Both the position numbers and the translations under genes were made by a program. From NCBI GenBank assembly GCA_038087875.1, contig CM075992.1, positions 7,194,001-7,258,000 of the forward strand: 64,000 nt of DNA, written 5' to 3'. The notes beneath the pieces are model-generated. The model searched no databases. It saw only the letters and a program-made list of their open reading frames with translations, and was not told the origin of the DNA. This document shows, piece by piece, positions 31,701 to 44,434 of the stretch (position 1 is its first letter; each line of letters starts with the position of its first letter). This DNA is from Malacoraja senta (Eukaryota).

Positions 31701-32704
31701 GATGTGCGCGCTGGTTCTCTCTGGGAAGGGCAGTCGGCTGAGACACGAATTGTTTTGGGAACTCTTCTTCTTCTGTCAGAAGTAGGATGGATTGAAGTGC
31801 ACAACACATTGCACCGGATTACACAGCTAACAAAGGGCATTGCGTTGTATTGAGGTGGGAACCATGTAGAGTAATGTGACATCGTGACGACTGAGAAAGT
31901 AATCGATAGAAGAAGCCGATGTCATCCTGGGATTACATTATATTATCTAAAAAAGATGTGATTCTGTAAATTATGAAACAATTGTTCTGTTGGCAATATC
32001 GTTATCCCTAGAGCTTGCATGCTGGAGCAGTATGAAGATAATGACTATATATAAAATTCGTTAGAGAGGGAATAAATAGATTTAAGAATTATTTATATTG
32101 GAAGTCATTGCTAACGAGTAAAGATAGCATGGTCGGTTGTAAACCATGCTGAGTGAAATCAAACTGATCATTAAGTAACATAAGTCCTATATGGCAAACC
32201 GGCAAATGGCAAAAGACAAATGGCAAACCGTTTTCTAAATAATAAGAAATAGAAGATTAACGATAACTGGGGAAAGGATGAACGCTGCAAAGAAACGTTG
32301 ATAAATGATGAATTGTTAAAAATATATAAACTTCGCAAAAGTGTCACCGGATGTTGTAGCCTGCTGTCAGTTATTGAAACACTTTGTGTTTTCACGGAGC
32401 GTTTCCTAGTATAACCCATTAAGGCCTTAAATAAACCGACGTTTGAGAAACTGCTCTACGAGATGTTCTGTAAGTCTGTCCCGTTCCACTCAAGAGGGCC
32501 ACTGGGCGCCACGTGAAAGCCAGATTCTGAGTGCACGTCAAACACACAATTATACAGCTTTTATACGCCCCAGAGTGTGGACACGAAATAAAGGCAGAGT
32601 GATGGGTACATATCAGGTGGCCATGGCACTAATGCACTACTTTGTCTTATTTGTCCCTGACTCCTTGAACATCGGTGCGGATCCATCCATCCATGGGCGT
32701 TGCG

Positions 32705-34792
32705 TTTCATCAGCCAGAGCCATTCTGAAGAAGGGCCCCGGCCCGAAATGTCGCTCATTATTTCTCTCCAGAGATGCTGCCTGCCCCGTTGAGTTACTCC
32801 AGCATTTTGTGTCTATCTTCCATTAAGATGATGTTGAAGTTCAAAGCCCGAGCTACCGGGCCCCTTTTTAATGTTACTTTTCACCTGCGATCCCACTAAT
32901 GGTGGATGTACACACCTGCACAGAGATTAGCATTAAACCCCTAGCCTGAGAACACGTTTGGGGAAGATGTAACTGACAGATCCGTCTGGCTCCCCGATGT
33001 CTGGGCGTTGTCACTGGAATCCAGCATCTCGAAGCAGAAGTGGTTGGATTTCAGTGATATCAGCAACTTCGTTTGTTTTACCACATAATATTGAAAGTAG
33101 GGCATGAGGAACTGTGAGGTCAGAAAAGACATCTGCTCTGACCCACTCTTACCAGTTCCTCAAAGACCAGATCGTCCTGCTGAGAACATGGAATTACTGG
33201 TCGATTATGAAAAAATCACTGCGCTTCAGGTCGAAGGGGACAATGGAGATGAATATCAGCCGGAAATACTGAAGCCATGTGCTATCACTGAACTCGTGTT
33301 TATCGTGCTTTCCCAGTTCCGATGAATGAGTTGGAATTAATTACACTTTCTTTTTAGTTAACCAGAGAAGTCGACAACATGGAAGTCGAAATGCAGGGTG
33401 AGGGGTGGACAAATGTTGAGGGGAAGGGGGAGAGATAAGAATTGTTGTTTGTCCTCTTTGTGTTAACGGGATCGAATGATATTTGGGTTTCTTGTGTGTA
33501 ACTTACAATGCCTCCACTACCTGCTCATGTCTATGTTTAGCCTGCTTTTGGTAAGTTTAACATTCCGATGTTGACAACAGCACTCGGCTACTCTGGCTGT
33601 TGCCAAATCTAACCCGAGGAAGGTAGACACAAAAATGCTTGAGTAACTCAGCGGGACAGGGCCGCATCTCTGGAGAAAAGTAATGGGTGACGTTCCGGGT
33701 CGGGACCCTTCTTCAAACTCGACCCGAAACGTCACCCATCCCTACTCTCCAGAGATGCTGCCTGACCCGCTGAGTTACTCCAGCATTTTGTGTCTAACTT
33801 CGATTTAAACCAGCATCTGCAGTTCTTTCCTACACAGCCATGATGCAATGACGGAGTAGACATGATGGGTCGAATGGCCTAATTCTGCGCCTTGATCTTG
33901 TGAATTTATGAGACTGCGCCGTCGAGCGAGTCGTTATTTTGGTTTCACTGATGACCCCCATTTACATTTTGCAGGACTTCGTCTCCAACGACGAGATCCT
34001 GCTCGAAGAAATGTCTCACCGCTGATCATGTACATTCTTCTGGGCCTCTGCATCCTGCTGTCCTCTCTGGCACTTGCTATTGCGCTAATACTGAGTGAGT
34101 TTAAACATTGAAACATTGTTCCGTAATGTCAATCTTGTGGCGCCATCTGGTGGTCGAGTCACTTTGGTCTCGAACCTGCGTTTGTCGAGCTCGAACTCTC
34201 GCGTGAACTGGCGTGATCTGGGCCGACCAATCAACGCAGTCAATTGTGCAAAGCACTGCCGTGTGCTGCACCCGTCACCTGACCAACCACACAGAGCTAG
34301 ACGTCACTTGGCATCCATCGCTTTTGTATTAATATTAAACTGTGTGCTTATATATTAAATGGACACGTGAACATCTTCAATCTTAAAATATAACGAGATG
34401 CTGAACACATGCAGTTAGTCAAACAGCATCTGTGCACAGAGAAACAGAGAAACAGCTAATGGTTCAGGTCTGAGATCGGTCGTTAGAACTGAGAAAGAAA
34501 GAAAACAAGTTAGCAACGAATGCGAGGGAGGACAATGGGTGAAAGAACTAGAATTTCCGGGATGCGTTGAAATAATGTCGCCATTAAATGCACACAATTA
34601 CATATGTGCACTCTGTTGCTAAATCTGCGACTTCTATATATATTTTTATTTGTCTCACGTCTTATTTCCAGTGTATGTAGCTTTTTTAAAATGATGTTTC
34701 ATTAGCTAATTGAGGAACATACTGGCATCGGCAAGCAGCCATTTGAGAGTAATATTAATTCAGTCTTGAGGAGGAACGCTAGCGGTGATAAA
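32705..34792. repeat. Inverted segmental duplication of ~42213-44523 (D versus E)
   Basis: The reverse complement matches across promoter, exon 1, intron and TM exon (e.g. ORFs 32941..33132- and 44095..44286+ are near-identical). The copies differ by substitutions, and E has an extra insertion at ~42656-42890. Confidence 0.9.
33188..34094 (+). pseudogene. Locus D: inverted paralog of E; ITIM-bearing exon 1 plus TM exon; the spliced junction reads TGA; the rest runs into an assembly gap
   Basis: Exon 1 33188-33278 MELLVDYEKITALQVEGDNGDEYQPEILKP ends CCA T|GTGCTA. TM exon 33975-34094 starts GA (…LRLQRRDPARRNVSPLIMYILLGLCILLSSLALAIALIL). T+GA makes a stop, whereas E has G+GA (Gly). Confidence 0.7.
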
Positions 34793-34992
34793 NNNNNNNN
34801 NNNNNNNNNNNNNNNNNNNNNNNNNNNNNNNNNNNNNNNNNNNNNNNNNNNNNNNNNNNNNNNNNNNNNNNNNNNNNNNNNNNNNNNNNNNNNNNNNNNN
34901 NNNNNNNNNNNNNNNNNNNNNNNNNNNNNNNNNNNNNNNNNNNNNNNNNNNNNNNNNNNNNNNNNNNNNNNNNNNNNNNNNNNNNNNNNNNN
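34793..34992. other. Assembly gap (200 N) between convergent loci D and E
   Basis: Run of N. Confidence 1.
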
Positions 34993-35291
34993 CTGTTCCT
35001 AATGTCCACATTTTTGGAACTCTTCTTCTTCTGTCAGAAGTAGAATCTCGACCCGAAACGTCGCCTATCCATGATCTCCAGAGATACAGCCTGGACTGCT
35101 GAGCTACTCGAAAACTTCATGTATTTTTTTCTCCGGAACAAAAAAAATGGTAGTTCTTGGAAACTGTGGGTCAGCGGCGCAGGGCAACTTTGTAAATACT
35201 GCACATTACTCTGAAATAAAAAATATATAGCAGCAGACCTGAAGGACCACGAGTGGAAGTACCTCACTGTAGGATGCAAAGCGCCACTCAC

Positions 35292-38200
35292 TTGACATTT
35301 GTGTCGTAATCCGTGCCGTCCACCCAGCGCCAGGTTCCTTCGACAGCAGCGTCATGGAGCCCTATCCAAGTGTCCACATTTATGTTACTCCGGATATAAT
35401 CCTGGCGATAAATAACAGTGTCCCACGTGAACCGATTTCTTCCTGTTAGTGACACGGACAAAGGTTTATTTGCGCAACAGTCGTTTGGTCAGCAATGTGA
35501 CATCCACCTGTATTACACTGGTACATTGGCAGATTTGGCTGTCCGGTAATATGAAATCACATGGAATGAACATAGACTGTTCCACCATGAAGGTATGAAT
35601 CACAGACTGACCAGTTCCCTCCCACTCCCACACCCCCACTCCAAACCCTTCACGTAGCTGCTTTGATCTCCAAAGTTCTCTCTTATTCCACGATCCTGGT
35701 CGGAGGTGTGGTGTAACGAAGGAATGAGTAAGGTGGGGATTTTCTGCCGTCTTCTTATCGGTGATGGGGCCTGTTGTTGCTCACCTGCCGTTTTTCCACC
35801 CCTGTTGGCTCGTCGCCCGTAGATTAAGACTCTCCTTTCCCCCTTTCCTGTCCAGATGTAGGCGAATGTAATCATCAAATGGTTCTTACCTGCTCCTCGT
35901 TACTGTTAATGACCACGAATTTAGAGTTCATTGCGGCACAGATTTTTACAGCTTTATCCCATCTATCGCGATTTGATGAGAAGTAATAAAGTCGTTGATT
36001 GAATAATGTCCATTGGTTGAAAGCGTTGGAAATGGACGAGCCTGTGAAGACATTTAAACTCAAATCAGAAACACTGGGACACGACATAGTCTCACAATTC
36101 TCACTGCTCACTCAGATTTTGCACATGGAATATATTTATATATAGTTTCATACTGCGGATTAAGTCCCCACACTGCGTTACTTAACGGGACGTCATCAAT
36201 CAAAGATGTTCTTGTATTGAATTCACACGAACATCGTCCTCAACTAACACCAGTGACTACTGAACAGCATCGGGGTCCACACGCAGAAAAAAATATTCTA
36301 AACATATTTTTCCTTGAAACACAACTCATCACTGGCCACACACCGTCCGATCTCTGTATCCTTTAACCTAAACCACCATTCTGTTACCCCTGCGGACACA
36401 CGATTGAGGACACAGCCCCGACTATTACAAAACCGACCTCCCTTCCATTGACTCCATCTACACTTCTCGTTTGCTCGGCAAGGCCAGCAGCATAATCAAG
36501 GACCAGTCTCGCCCCGGTTACTCCCTCTTCTCCCCTCACCATCTGGCAGGACGTACAGGCGTGTGAAAACGCGCACCTCCAGCTTTAGGGATTGTTTCTT
36601 CTCAGCTACAAGCAGGTATCTGAACCATCCTAACAACAACTAGAGAACGACCCTGACCTACTACCCACCTCATTGGACACCCTCGGACAATCTTCAATCG
36701 GACTTTACTAAATTTTATCTTGCGCTAAACGTTATTCCCTGTATTATTATTCTGTACACTGTGGATAATCACGTATATCTTTCCGCTGACTGGATAGAAC
36801 GCAACAAAACACTTTTCACTGCACCTTGGTACACGTGAGAATAAACTAAACTCAACTAGACTAAACTAACATAAACTAATCTAAGCCAATCTAAACTAAA
36901 CTATACCATTCATATTGCGAATGATTAATGCTAGACGAGCAGTCCCTCCAGTGGTCGCCATACTTACTCGCCCTCAGCCGTGAAATCTCAGCTTGAAGTT
37001 CGGAGAGTGAGCTGGCTGCATTCTCACAGGTTCCTGTAACTGGAGAGAGACAACAGTTTAGATTATGCAGATCCCTTTTCTCAATAAACCACCTCCTCCG
37101 CCGAAAATCCTGCCATTAAATATCACATATTAAGTTTGCAGGGAATTATTAATATGTAGTTAGTGAACAATAAGCCCCCCGGTCGTATGGATAGAAAAAA
37201 TACAAACACTGTATTTCTAAACTAAACTAAACTAAACTAAACGAAACGAAACTAAATTAAACTAAGCTAAACTAACTAAACTAAACTGCATTAACTAAAC
37301 TGAACTAAACTAAACTAAACTAAACTAACGGCGGCAGATATGAAACATTCAGGTAAAGTAATGTATTAAGTCACATGAGTGCAATTTCTTTTTGTGCAGC
37401 GAAATGTTCGTGTTTGGAATATTGAGTAGCAGTGCATTCAGGTTGAATTGTGCATTCAAGCAGGACCTGGGTAAGTCGGTAAAGGGAGCAGGAGACTGCG
37501 CTGACAGAGGGGGTCATATCTTGGACGAGGTGGATTGACATTAAATTGATCTGATGTGCGCTCAGCGGGCAGTGTGGTTTATTTCAAGCTTTTCTTCATG
37601 ATATTCTGCCTGATCATTCCTGATATTGTGCTGTAGTTATTAGCCAGTTGCCTGGGACTGTGGGCGTTGTCTCCAAGCATCCCCATAACGATTTCATAAC
37701 GGGTTGAAACGGGCCATCAAACTCAAGGAGACCTATGCCACTGCAATTCCCGCACCGGTTCTCCACCAATTAATGCTCTCTACCCCCTCATCTACTACCC
37801 ACCTCTCCCAGGATAGCTGGAACCTTAGGGAAATCGTTATACACTTTTGAAAGTCAGGGGAAGTGAGGAGAGAAATTGACTGCTCACCGCAAATTTAGTG
37901 CCCAGAGCCCGGGTAGCTGGGCGGGATCAACAATGTCCTGCTCTCGGCGTCTAAAAAGCGAGAGGACATGGGCTGCAAGGCGAGTTAAATACTTGGCTGC
38001 AAATTTGGGTTGAAAGTGTGAGATTGCGGGTGATGGTAGAGGGTTGATTTTGGACTTCAAACTTCTAACAGGATGAGTACAACCCAGATTATTGTACAGA
38101 ATAAACAGCATGGAAGCAGGCCCTTCTACCCACCGAGTCAAAGCCGGCCATTGATTACCCATTCACAATAGTTCTATGGTACCCACTTCATCATCCACTC

Positions 38201-41200
38201 CCTGCACACTAGCAGCAGTGTGCAGAGGCAAATTAACCCATTTCCCCGCATTTATTTGGGATGTGGGAGAAAATTTGAGAACCCAAGGAAACCCATGCGG
38301 TCACAGGGATTAGGTGTAAACTCCCTATAGACAGCATCGAAGGTCTGGGTCCAGCCCGGGTCTGTGCAACTGCGAGGCCGCAGCTCTACCAGCTGGTCAC
38401 TGTGTCGCCCTACATTTACATAGTACCTAGCACGATTAGTAGCTTTGCTAATGACACTGTGTAATTGGTGGTATAGTGAACAGTGCAGTGAGCAAAGTTA
38501 TCTATGATTACAACAGGATCTGGGACCACTGGACCAATGGGCCGAGGAAAGTGGGATGGAGATTATTTCACAAAAGTCTGCGGTGTTGTTGTCTAGTGGC
38601 GCAAAACAGGACAGGGCCAACACAGTAAACATTAGCGCCCCGGGGAGTTTTTAAAACGGGGATCCTCAGGTGCATGTACGTAATTTCACTCCACTGGACA
38701 GGGATGGTGAATAAGGCGTTTGGGGTTTCTTGCCTTGATTGGTTAGGGTATTAGGTTCAGGAGTTATGGCGTGATGTTACAACTACACAAAACGTTGGTA
38801 AATCCACATTCGGACAGTTCGGACAATGTGTACAGTTCTGGTCATCCCGGCGTAGAGAGGATGTCATAAAACTGGAAATGAACTGTAAATATTTGCGAAG
38901 ATGTTACCAGATATGAATGGTTTGACCTATCCGGAGAAGATGGATAGGCTGGATTTTCTATGGTATGTAGTGTAGGACTCGCCGTTGGATTGCAACCTTG
39001 TCGTGGTCGTGGAGCTTGTGTGTCTCAGTGACCCCGAGAGCTATGCCAGCGGGAGATTCGTCTCCTGTTAGGGTCTCCCATGCTGGACAGGTCGAAGGGT
39101 AGAGGCGAGACCAAGAGCGATCCACTGGTCCTCCAGGTTGGAGGTTGAGCAGAGGGATAACAACCCTGTCTCGTAAAACAAATATGTTACTGAAACAGCA
39201 ACTGAAGGAATCAACACTACTGAGTGGAGGACCTTCGTTGCTCCCTACATGCCAGGAGGCATAAAAGACAGTGAGTAAGTAGTGTAGGAGTCTGGGAAAT
39301 GACTGTTGGGGCCTATGTATTCACAAAGAGCTTGGATAAAGTGGACGAGTTTAAGGTCAGATGAAACGTTTTAAAACGAGGAAGTAGCTGAGGCCAGGCC
39401 TTTCCGGACGTTTAAGAAACAGTTAGACAGGTACATGGATAGGACAGGATTTGGAGGGATATGGGGCAAACGCAACTAGGTGGGACTGGTGTAGCTGGGA
39501 AATGTTGGCCGGTGTGGGAAAGTTGGGCCGAAGGACCCGTTTCCACGCTATATCACTTTATGACTCTATGGCGCTATGACCTGAGACGCAACATTTTTAG
39601 AAAGAGTGTGGCGCACAAATGGAATGAGTCGCCAATAAAAGTGCTAGTCGATTTCAATACCGAATTTTATATACAATTAATATGTGGACATTAACGTTTT
39701 GGGGGGATATGGAGCAGACACTCACAAGTGGGAATGGCTCGGTTAGACAACTTGATCGACATTAACGTGTTGGACCGAAGAAGTTGTTTTCCTGCTCTAT
39801 TGTCATTGACTCAATAACTCCATTACGGAGATCCATCAGGTTGGATCATCACACTCACCATTGCTCTTCCATTGGGAAAGTTCCATCTGAAAATCAGCAT
39901 CTGACCTCTTAATTTCCATCGTCTGTGTCACTGGAAAAGAAACATCGATTTGGTCATGAGATCACGTGATAGGAGTAGAATTAGATCATTCGGCCCATCA
40001 AGTCTACTCCGCCATTCAATAATGGCTGATCTATATCTCCCACCTCACCTCATTCTCCTGCTCCCCCCACACCCATAACATCTGACACCTGTACTAATCA
40101 AGAATCTATCTCCGCCTTACAAATATCAACGGACTTGGCCTCCACAGCCTCCTGTCGCAATGAATCCACAGATTCACCACACTCTGACTAAAGAAACTTC
40201 TCCTCATCTCCTTCCTGAAGGGACGGCATTTAATTTTGAGGCTTTGACCTCTGGTCCTAGACTCTACCACTAGTGGAAACATCTTCCCCACATCCACTGT
40301 ATCCAAGCCGTTACTATTCTGTATGTTTCAATGAGGTCCCTCCTCATTCTTCTAAAGGACCAGTGCCGACAAACGCACATCATAGGTTAACCTACTCATT
40401 CTTGGGATCATTCTTGTAAATCTCCTCTTGGACCCTGTCTCTGGTGATCACGTGTTGGACAGCATTCGCCTGCACCGCATCCCACGGCCCATTATTCCGG
40501 GGCAGAGAATGCAGAAAGAGGAAGATTTAGTTTGGATTTTCTTAACCCCTAGTTTGTCCAAGCTGGTCCATACCATCCATTATTTAAGGTTTATAATACC
40601 CCTTTTATCTTGCGGAGAGCACATGCCACGTTTACTGACGGCTCAAAAAAATAATATACTCTATACAAAAATCATGATGTCGTTTGTAGAGACATCAAGA
40701 AGATATGCACAGTCGGATGGTCAATACAGTTTCAGAGGGGAAAGGTGAGATCAGACGAGGAAGGGAAACTAGAATGTCAGCAAACATGTTGGAAAAACTG
40801 CTATGGTTGGGCAGAAATTCGGATCTATTACTGATAAAGGAATGTCTGAACAATTAGAGAAACGTGGACTGATTTGCGCATAAACATTCTCTGGTCAGCT
40901 GTTGCCAAAGACCGCATGGGTTTGAAATTCGTTGTCGTCGGATTTTATGCCCCACTCTCTGAAGCTTTGAAGATACGCTCGGAACTCTGGAGATCGTCCA
41001 AGCACATTAGAACAGTCTGTGGCTCTGTGTACCGGTGCTGGACGTCAGATGAGGAGGAAATACCCAGTTGCTATTGCATCACGTTCTTGGGTCCTCCCAG
41101 AGAGAGAGACCTGCACAGGACTGCCTTTCGGTGAAGGAACCAACAAGTGGCGCAATTTGCAGGAACCTCCAATTACATGAAGGCTGATGAAGGGCCCCGA

Positions 41201-44039
41201 CCCGACATGTTGCCTAGCTATTCCTTCCACAAATGCTGCCTGACGTGCTGAGTTACTCCAGCACTTTGTGTTTTGCCCAACGGCATGAAGTTGCCTGGGG
41301 ACGATGCAAGTGGTAATCATTGACGGACAGATAGGATTTGGGGATCAGAGGCAGTGCAGATGCAGATGCTGGCTCCACATCCAATTACGGTGTCTCTGTA
41401 GAATGAGGGGATTCCCCGAGAAGGTGCAGGGAAGCTGCGCGCGTTACACGCAGCAGAACTACTGATTAGATGTAGGTTTAAGTTTATTATTATCATCTGT
41501 ACCGAAATACAGTGGGAAACTGTTGCTTGCTATCCAATCAAACCACATAATACGTGTAAGAAAGAACTGCAGATGCTGGTTTAAATCGAAGGTAGACACA
41601 AAATGCGGGAGTTACTAAACGGGTGAGGCAGCATCTCCGGAGAGAAGGAACGGGCGACGTTTCTGGTCGAGACCCTTCTTCAGATAATACGATACGTGAA
41701 CTAAATCAAGCCAAACACAATTTCAACAGATAGAGGGAAGGGAAAGCTGCTTCTTTGTAACTGTGTTAACTGTCCTAGACTAAACTGGCGAGGCCATTAA
41801 CTCACACCTGTGCCACACGGTTATGGGATAACATCTTGGGATAATCTCACGTCATCTTCCTTATTCTTGGCTTGTGCACGCCCCTGCCATTCCTGGGATA
41901 TGTTAACCCAGCCGGTTCCTCACACGCGACTAAACCACATCACTGGTGGCACCAATAAACAGGGACAGAGGTCCGGAATATCTTAAAACCCTTCAGGAAT
42001 TTTCACTTCTCCAAATTCAGCTGCTCCAACCGTGGACAGGCCCGTTAAATACTGGGATTGTAGCTTTAACGTGCTTTTTATGGCCACAAGATGCGGAATC
42101 CGGAATTGAAAGTATAATGTGCAACCGGTAGTGAAAAAGACCTGTGGCCCAGGCTTTGAGCAAACCCAAATTTCCATTGATATTGTGTTACCGTCTACAC
42201 ACACCATCCACGTTTATCACGGCTAGCGTTCCTCCTCAAGACTGAATTAATATTTCTCTCAAATGAATGCTGGCGGATTCATGCATGATCCTCAATTAGC
42301 TAATGAAACATCATTTTTAAAAAGCTACACACTCACAGGAAATACGATGTGAGACTAAGAAAAAAAAGAGAAGTCACAGATTTAGCAACAGAGTGCACAA
42401 ATGAAATTGTGTGCATTTAATGGCGACATTATTTCAACGCATCCCGGAAATTCTATTTCTTTCACCCATTGTCCTCCCTCGCATTCGTTGCTAACTTGTT
42501 TTCTTTCTTTCTCAGTCCTAACGACCGATGTCAGACCTGAAAAATTAGCTGTTTCTCTGTGCACAGATGCTGCTTGACTAACTGAATGTGTTCAGCATCT
42601 CGTTATATATTAAGATTGAAGGGGTTCGCGTGTGGAATGAACACCCATTTAATATTTAAGTAAAGTAAAGTAAATTTATTTATTTATATAGCACTTTTCA
42701 ATCAATTTCAATCAAAGAAGCCAAAGTGCTTTACAGAGAAAATTATCAAATAATAAAAAGAGGTAGAAAAAAAATGTCACAACACACTATAAGAGATTCA
42801 ACACGAATATCCCCCCTACAGCAGAATCTATACTCTCCACTGTGAGGGAAGGCACTAAAATGTCCAGGCCTCTTCCTCCTCCTCCTTTTTAAGCACACAG
42901 TTTAATATTAATACAAAAGCGATGGATGCCAAGTGAAGTCTAGCTCTGTGTGGTTCGTCAGGTGACGGGTGCAGCACACGACAGTGCTTTGCACAATTGA
43001 CTGCGTTGATTGGTTCAACGCCAGTTCACGCGAGAGTTCCAGCTCGACAAACGAAGGTTCGAGACCAAAGTGACTCGACCACCAGATGGCGCCACAAGAT
43101 TGACATTACGGAACAATGTTTCAATGTTTAAACTCACTCAGTATTAGCGCAATAGCAAGTGCCAGAGAGGACAGCAGGATGCAGAGGCCCAGAAGAATGT
43201 AGATGATCAGCGGTGAGACAATTCTTCGAGCAGGATCTCGTCGTTGGAGACGAAGTCCTGCAAAGTGTAAATGGAGGTCATCAGTGAAACCAAAATAACG
43301 ACTCGTTCAACGGCGCAGTCTCATAAATTCACAAGATCAAGGCGCAGAATTAGGCCATTCGACCCATCATATCTACTCCGTCATTGCATCATGGCTGTGT
43401 AGGAAAGAACTGCAGATGCTGGTTTAAATCGAAGTTAGACACAAAATGCTGGAGTAACTCAGCGGGTCAGGCAGCATCTCTGGAGAGAAGGAATGGGTGA
43501 CGTTTCGGGTCGAGTCTGAAGATGGGTCTCGACCCGGAACGTCACCCATTCCTTCTCTCCAGAGATGCTGCCTGTCCCGCTGAGTTACTCCAGCATTTTG
43601 TGTCTACCTTCCTCGGGTTATATTTGGCAACAGCCAGAGGAGCCGAGTGCTGTTGTCAACACCGGAATTTTAAACATACCAAAAGCAGGCTAGACATAGA
43701 CATGAGCAGGTAGTGGCGGTATTGCAAATTACACACAATAAACCCAAATATCATTCGATCCCGTTAACACAAATTGGACAAACAATAATTCTTATCTCTC
43801 CCCCTTCTCCTCAACATTTTCCCGCACCTCTCCCTGCATTTCGACTTCCATGGTGTCGACTTCTCTGGTTAATTAAAAAGAAAGAGTAATTAATTCCAGC
43901 TCATTCACCGGAACTGGGAAAGCACAATAAACACGGGTTCAGTGATAGCACCTGGCTTCAGTTTTTCCGGCTGATATCCATCTCCTTTGTCCCCTTCGAC
44001 CTGAAAAGTGATATTTTCATAATCGACCAGTAACTCCAT
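35292..44039 (-). CDS. Locus E: ITIM-bearing type II TM C-type lectin receptor; six exons seen, last CTLD exon not visible (adjacent to the gap)
   Basis: Exon 1 43952-44039 (MELLVDYENITFQVEGDKGDGYQPEKLKP); TM 43138-43257; neck 39859-39930 (MTQTMEIKRSDADFQMELSQWKSN); neck 36968-37039 (VTGTCENAASSLSELQAEISRLRA); CTLD1 35890-36041 (SSISNAFNQWTLFNQRLYYFSSNRDRWDKAVKICAAMNSKFVVINSNEEQ); CTLD2 35292-35401 (DYIRSNINVDTWIGLHDAAVEGTWRWVDGTDYDTNV). All in frame with AG/GT boundaries. Confidence 0.85.
38978..39278 (+). mobile_element. ~300-bp bipartite RTE-derived non-autonomous retroelement with an 11-bp TSD, nested in an old CR1 fragment (~38440-39570)
   Basis: TSD GTAGTGTAGGA at 38967-38977 and 39279-39289. 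RTE-type 5' UTR motif GGTCCTCCAGGTTGGAGGTTGAGC…ACAACCC…CGTAAAA joined directly to an RTE-type ORF end (TGGAGGACCTTCGTTGCT, WRTFVA…). Confidence 0.65.
39955..40440 (-). mobile_element. CR1/HER1-type LINE 3' fragment
   Basis: ORF 40106..40306: DTVDVGKMFPLVVESRTRGQSLKIK…FFSQSVVNLW. Confidence 0.8.
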
Positions 44040-44434
44040 GTTCCCAGCAGGACGATCTGGTCTTTGAGGAACTGGTAATAGTGGGTCAGAGCAGATGTCG
44101 TTTCTGATCTCACAGTTCCTCATGCCCTACTTTCAATATTATGTGGTAAAACAAACGAAGTTGCTGATATCACTGAAATCCAACCACTGCTGCTTCGAGA
44201 TGCTGGATTCCAGTGACAACGCCCAGACATCGGGGAGCCAGAGGGATCTGTCAGTTATATCTTCCCCAAACGTGTTCTCAGGCTAGGGGTTTAATGCTAA
44301 TCTCTGTGCAGGTGTGTATATCCACTGTTATTGGGGTCCCAGGTGAAAAGTTACACTAAAATGCGGCCCGATAGCTCAGCCTTTGAACTTCAACATCATC
44401 TTAATGGAGGATTGACACAGAATGCTGGCGGAAC

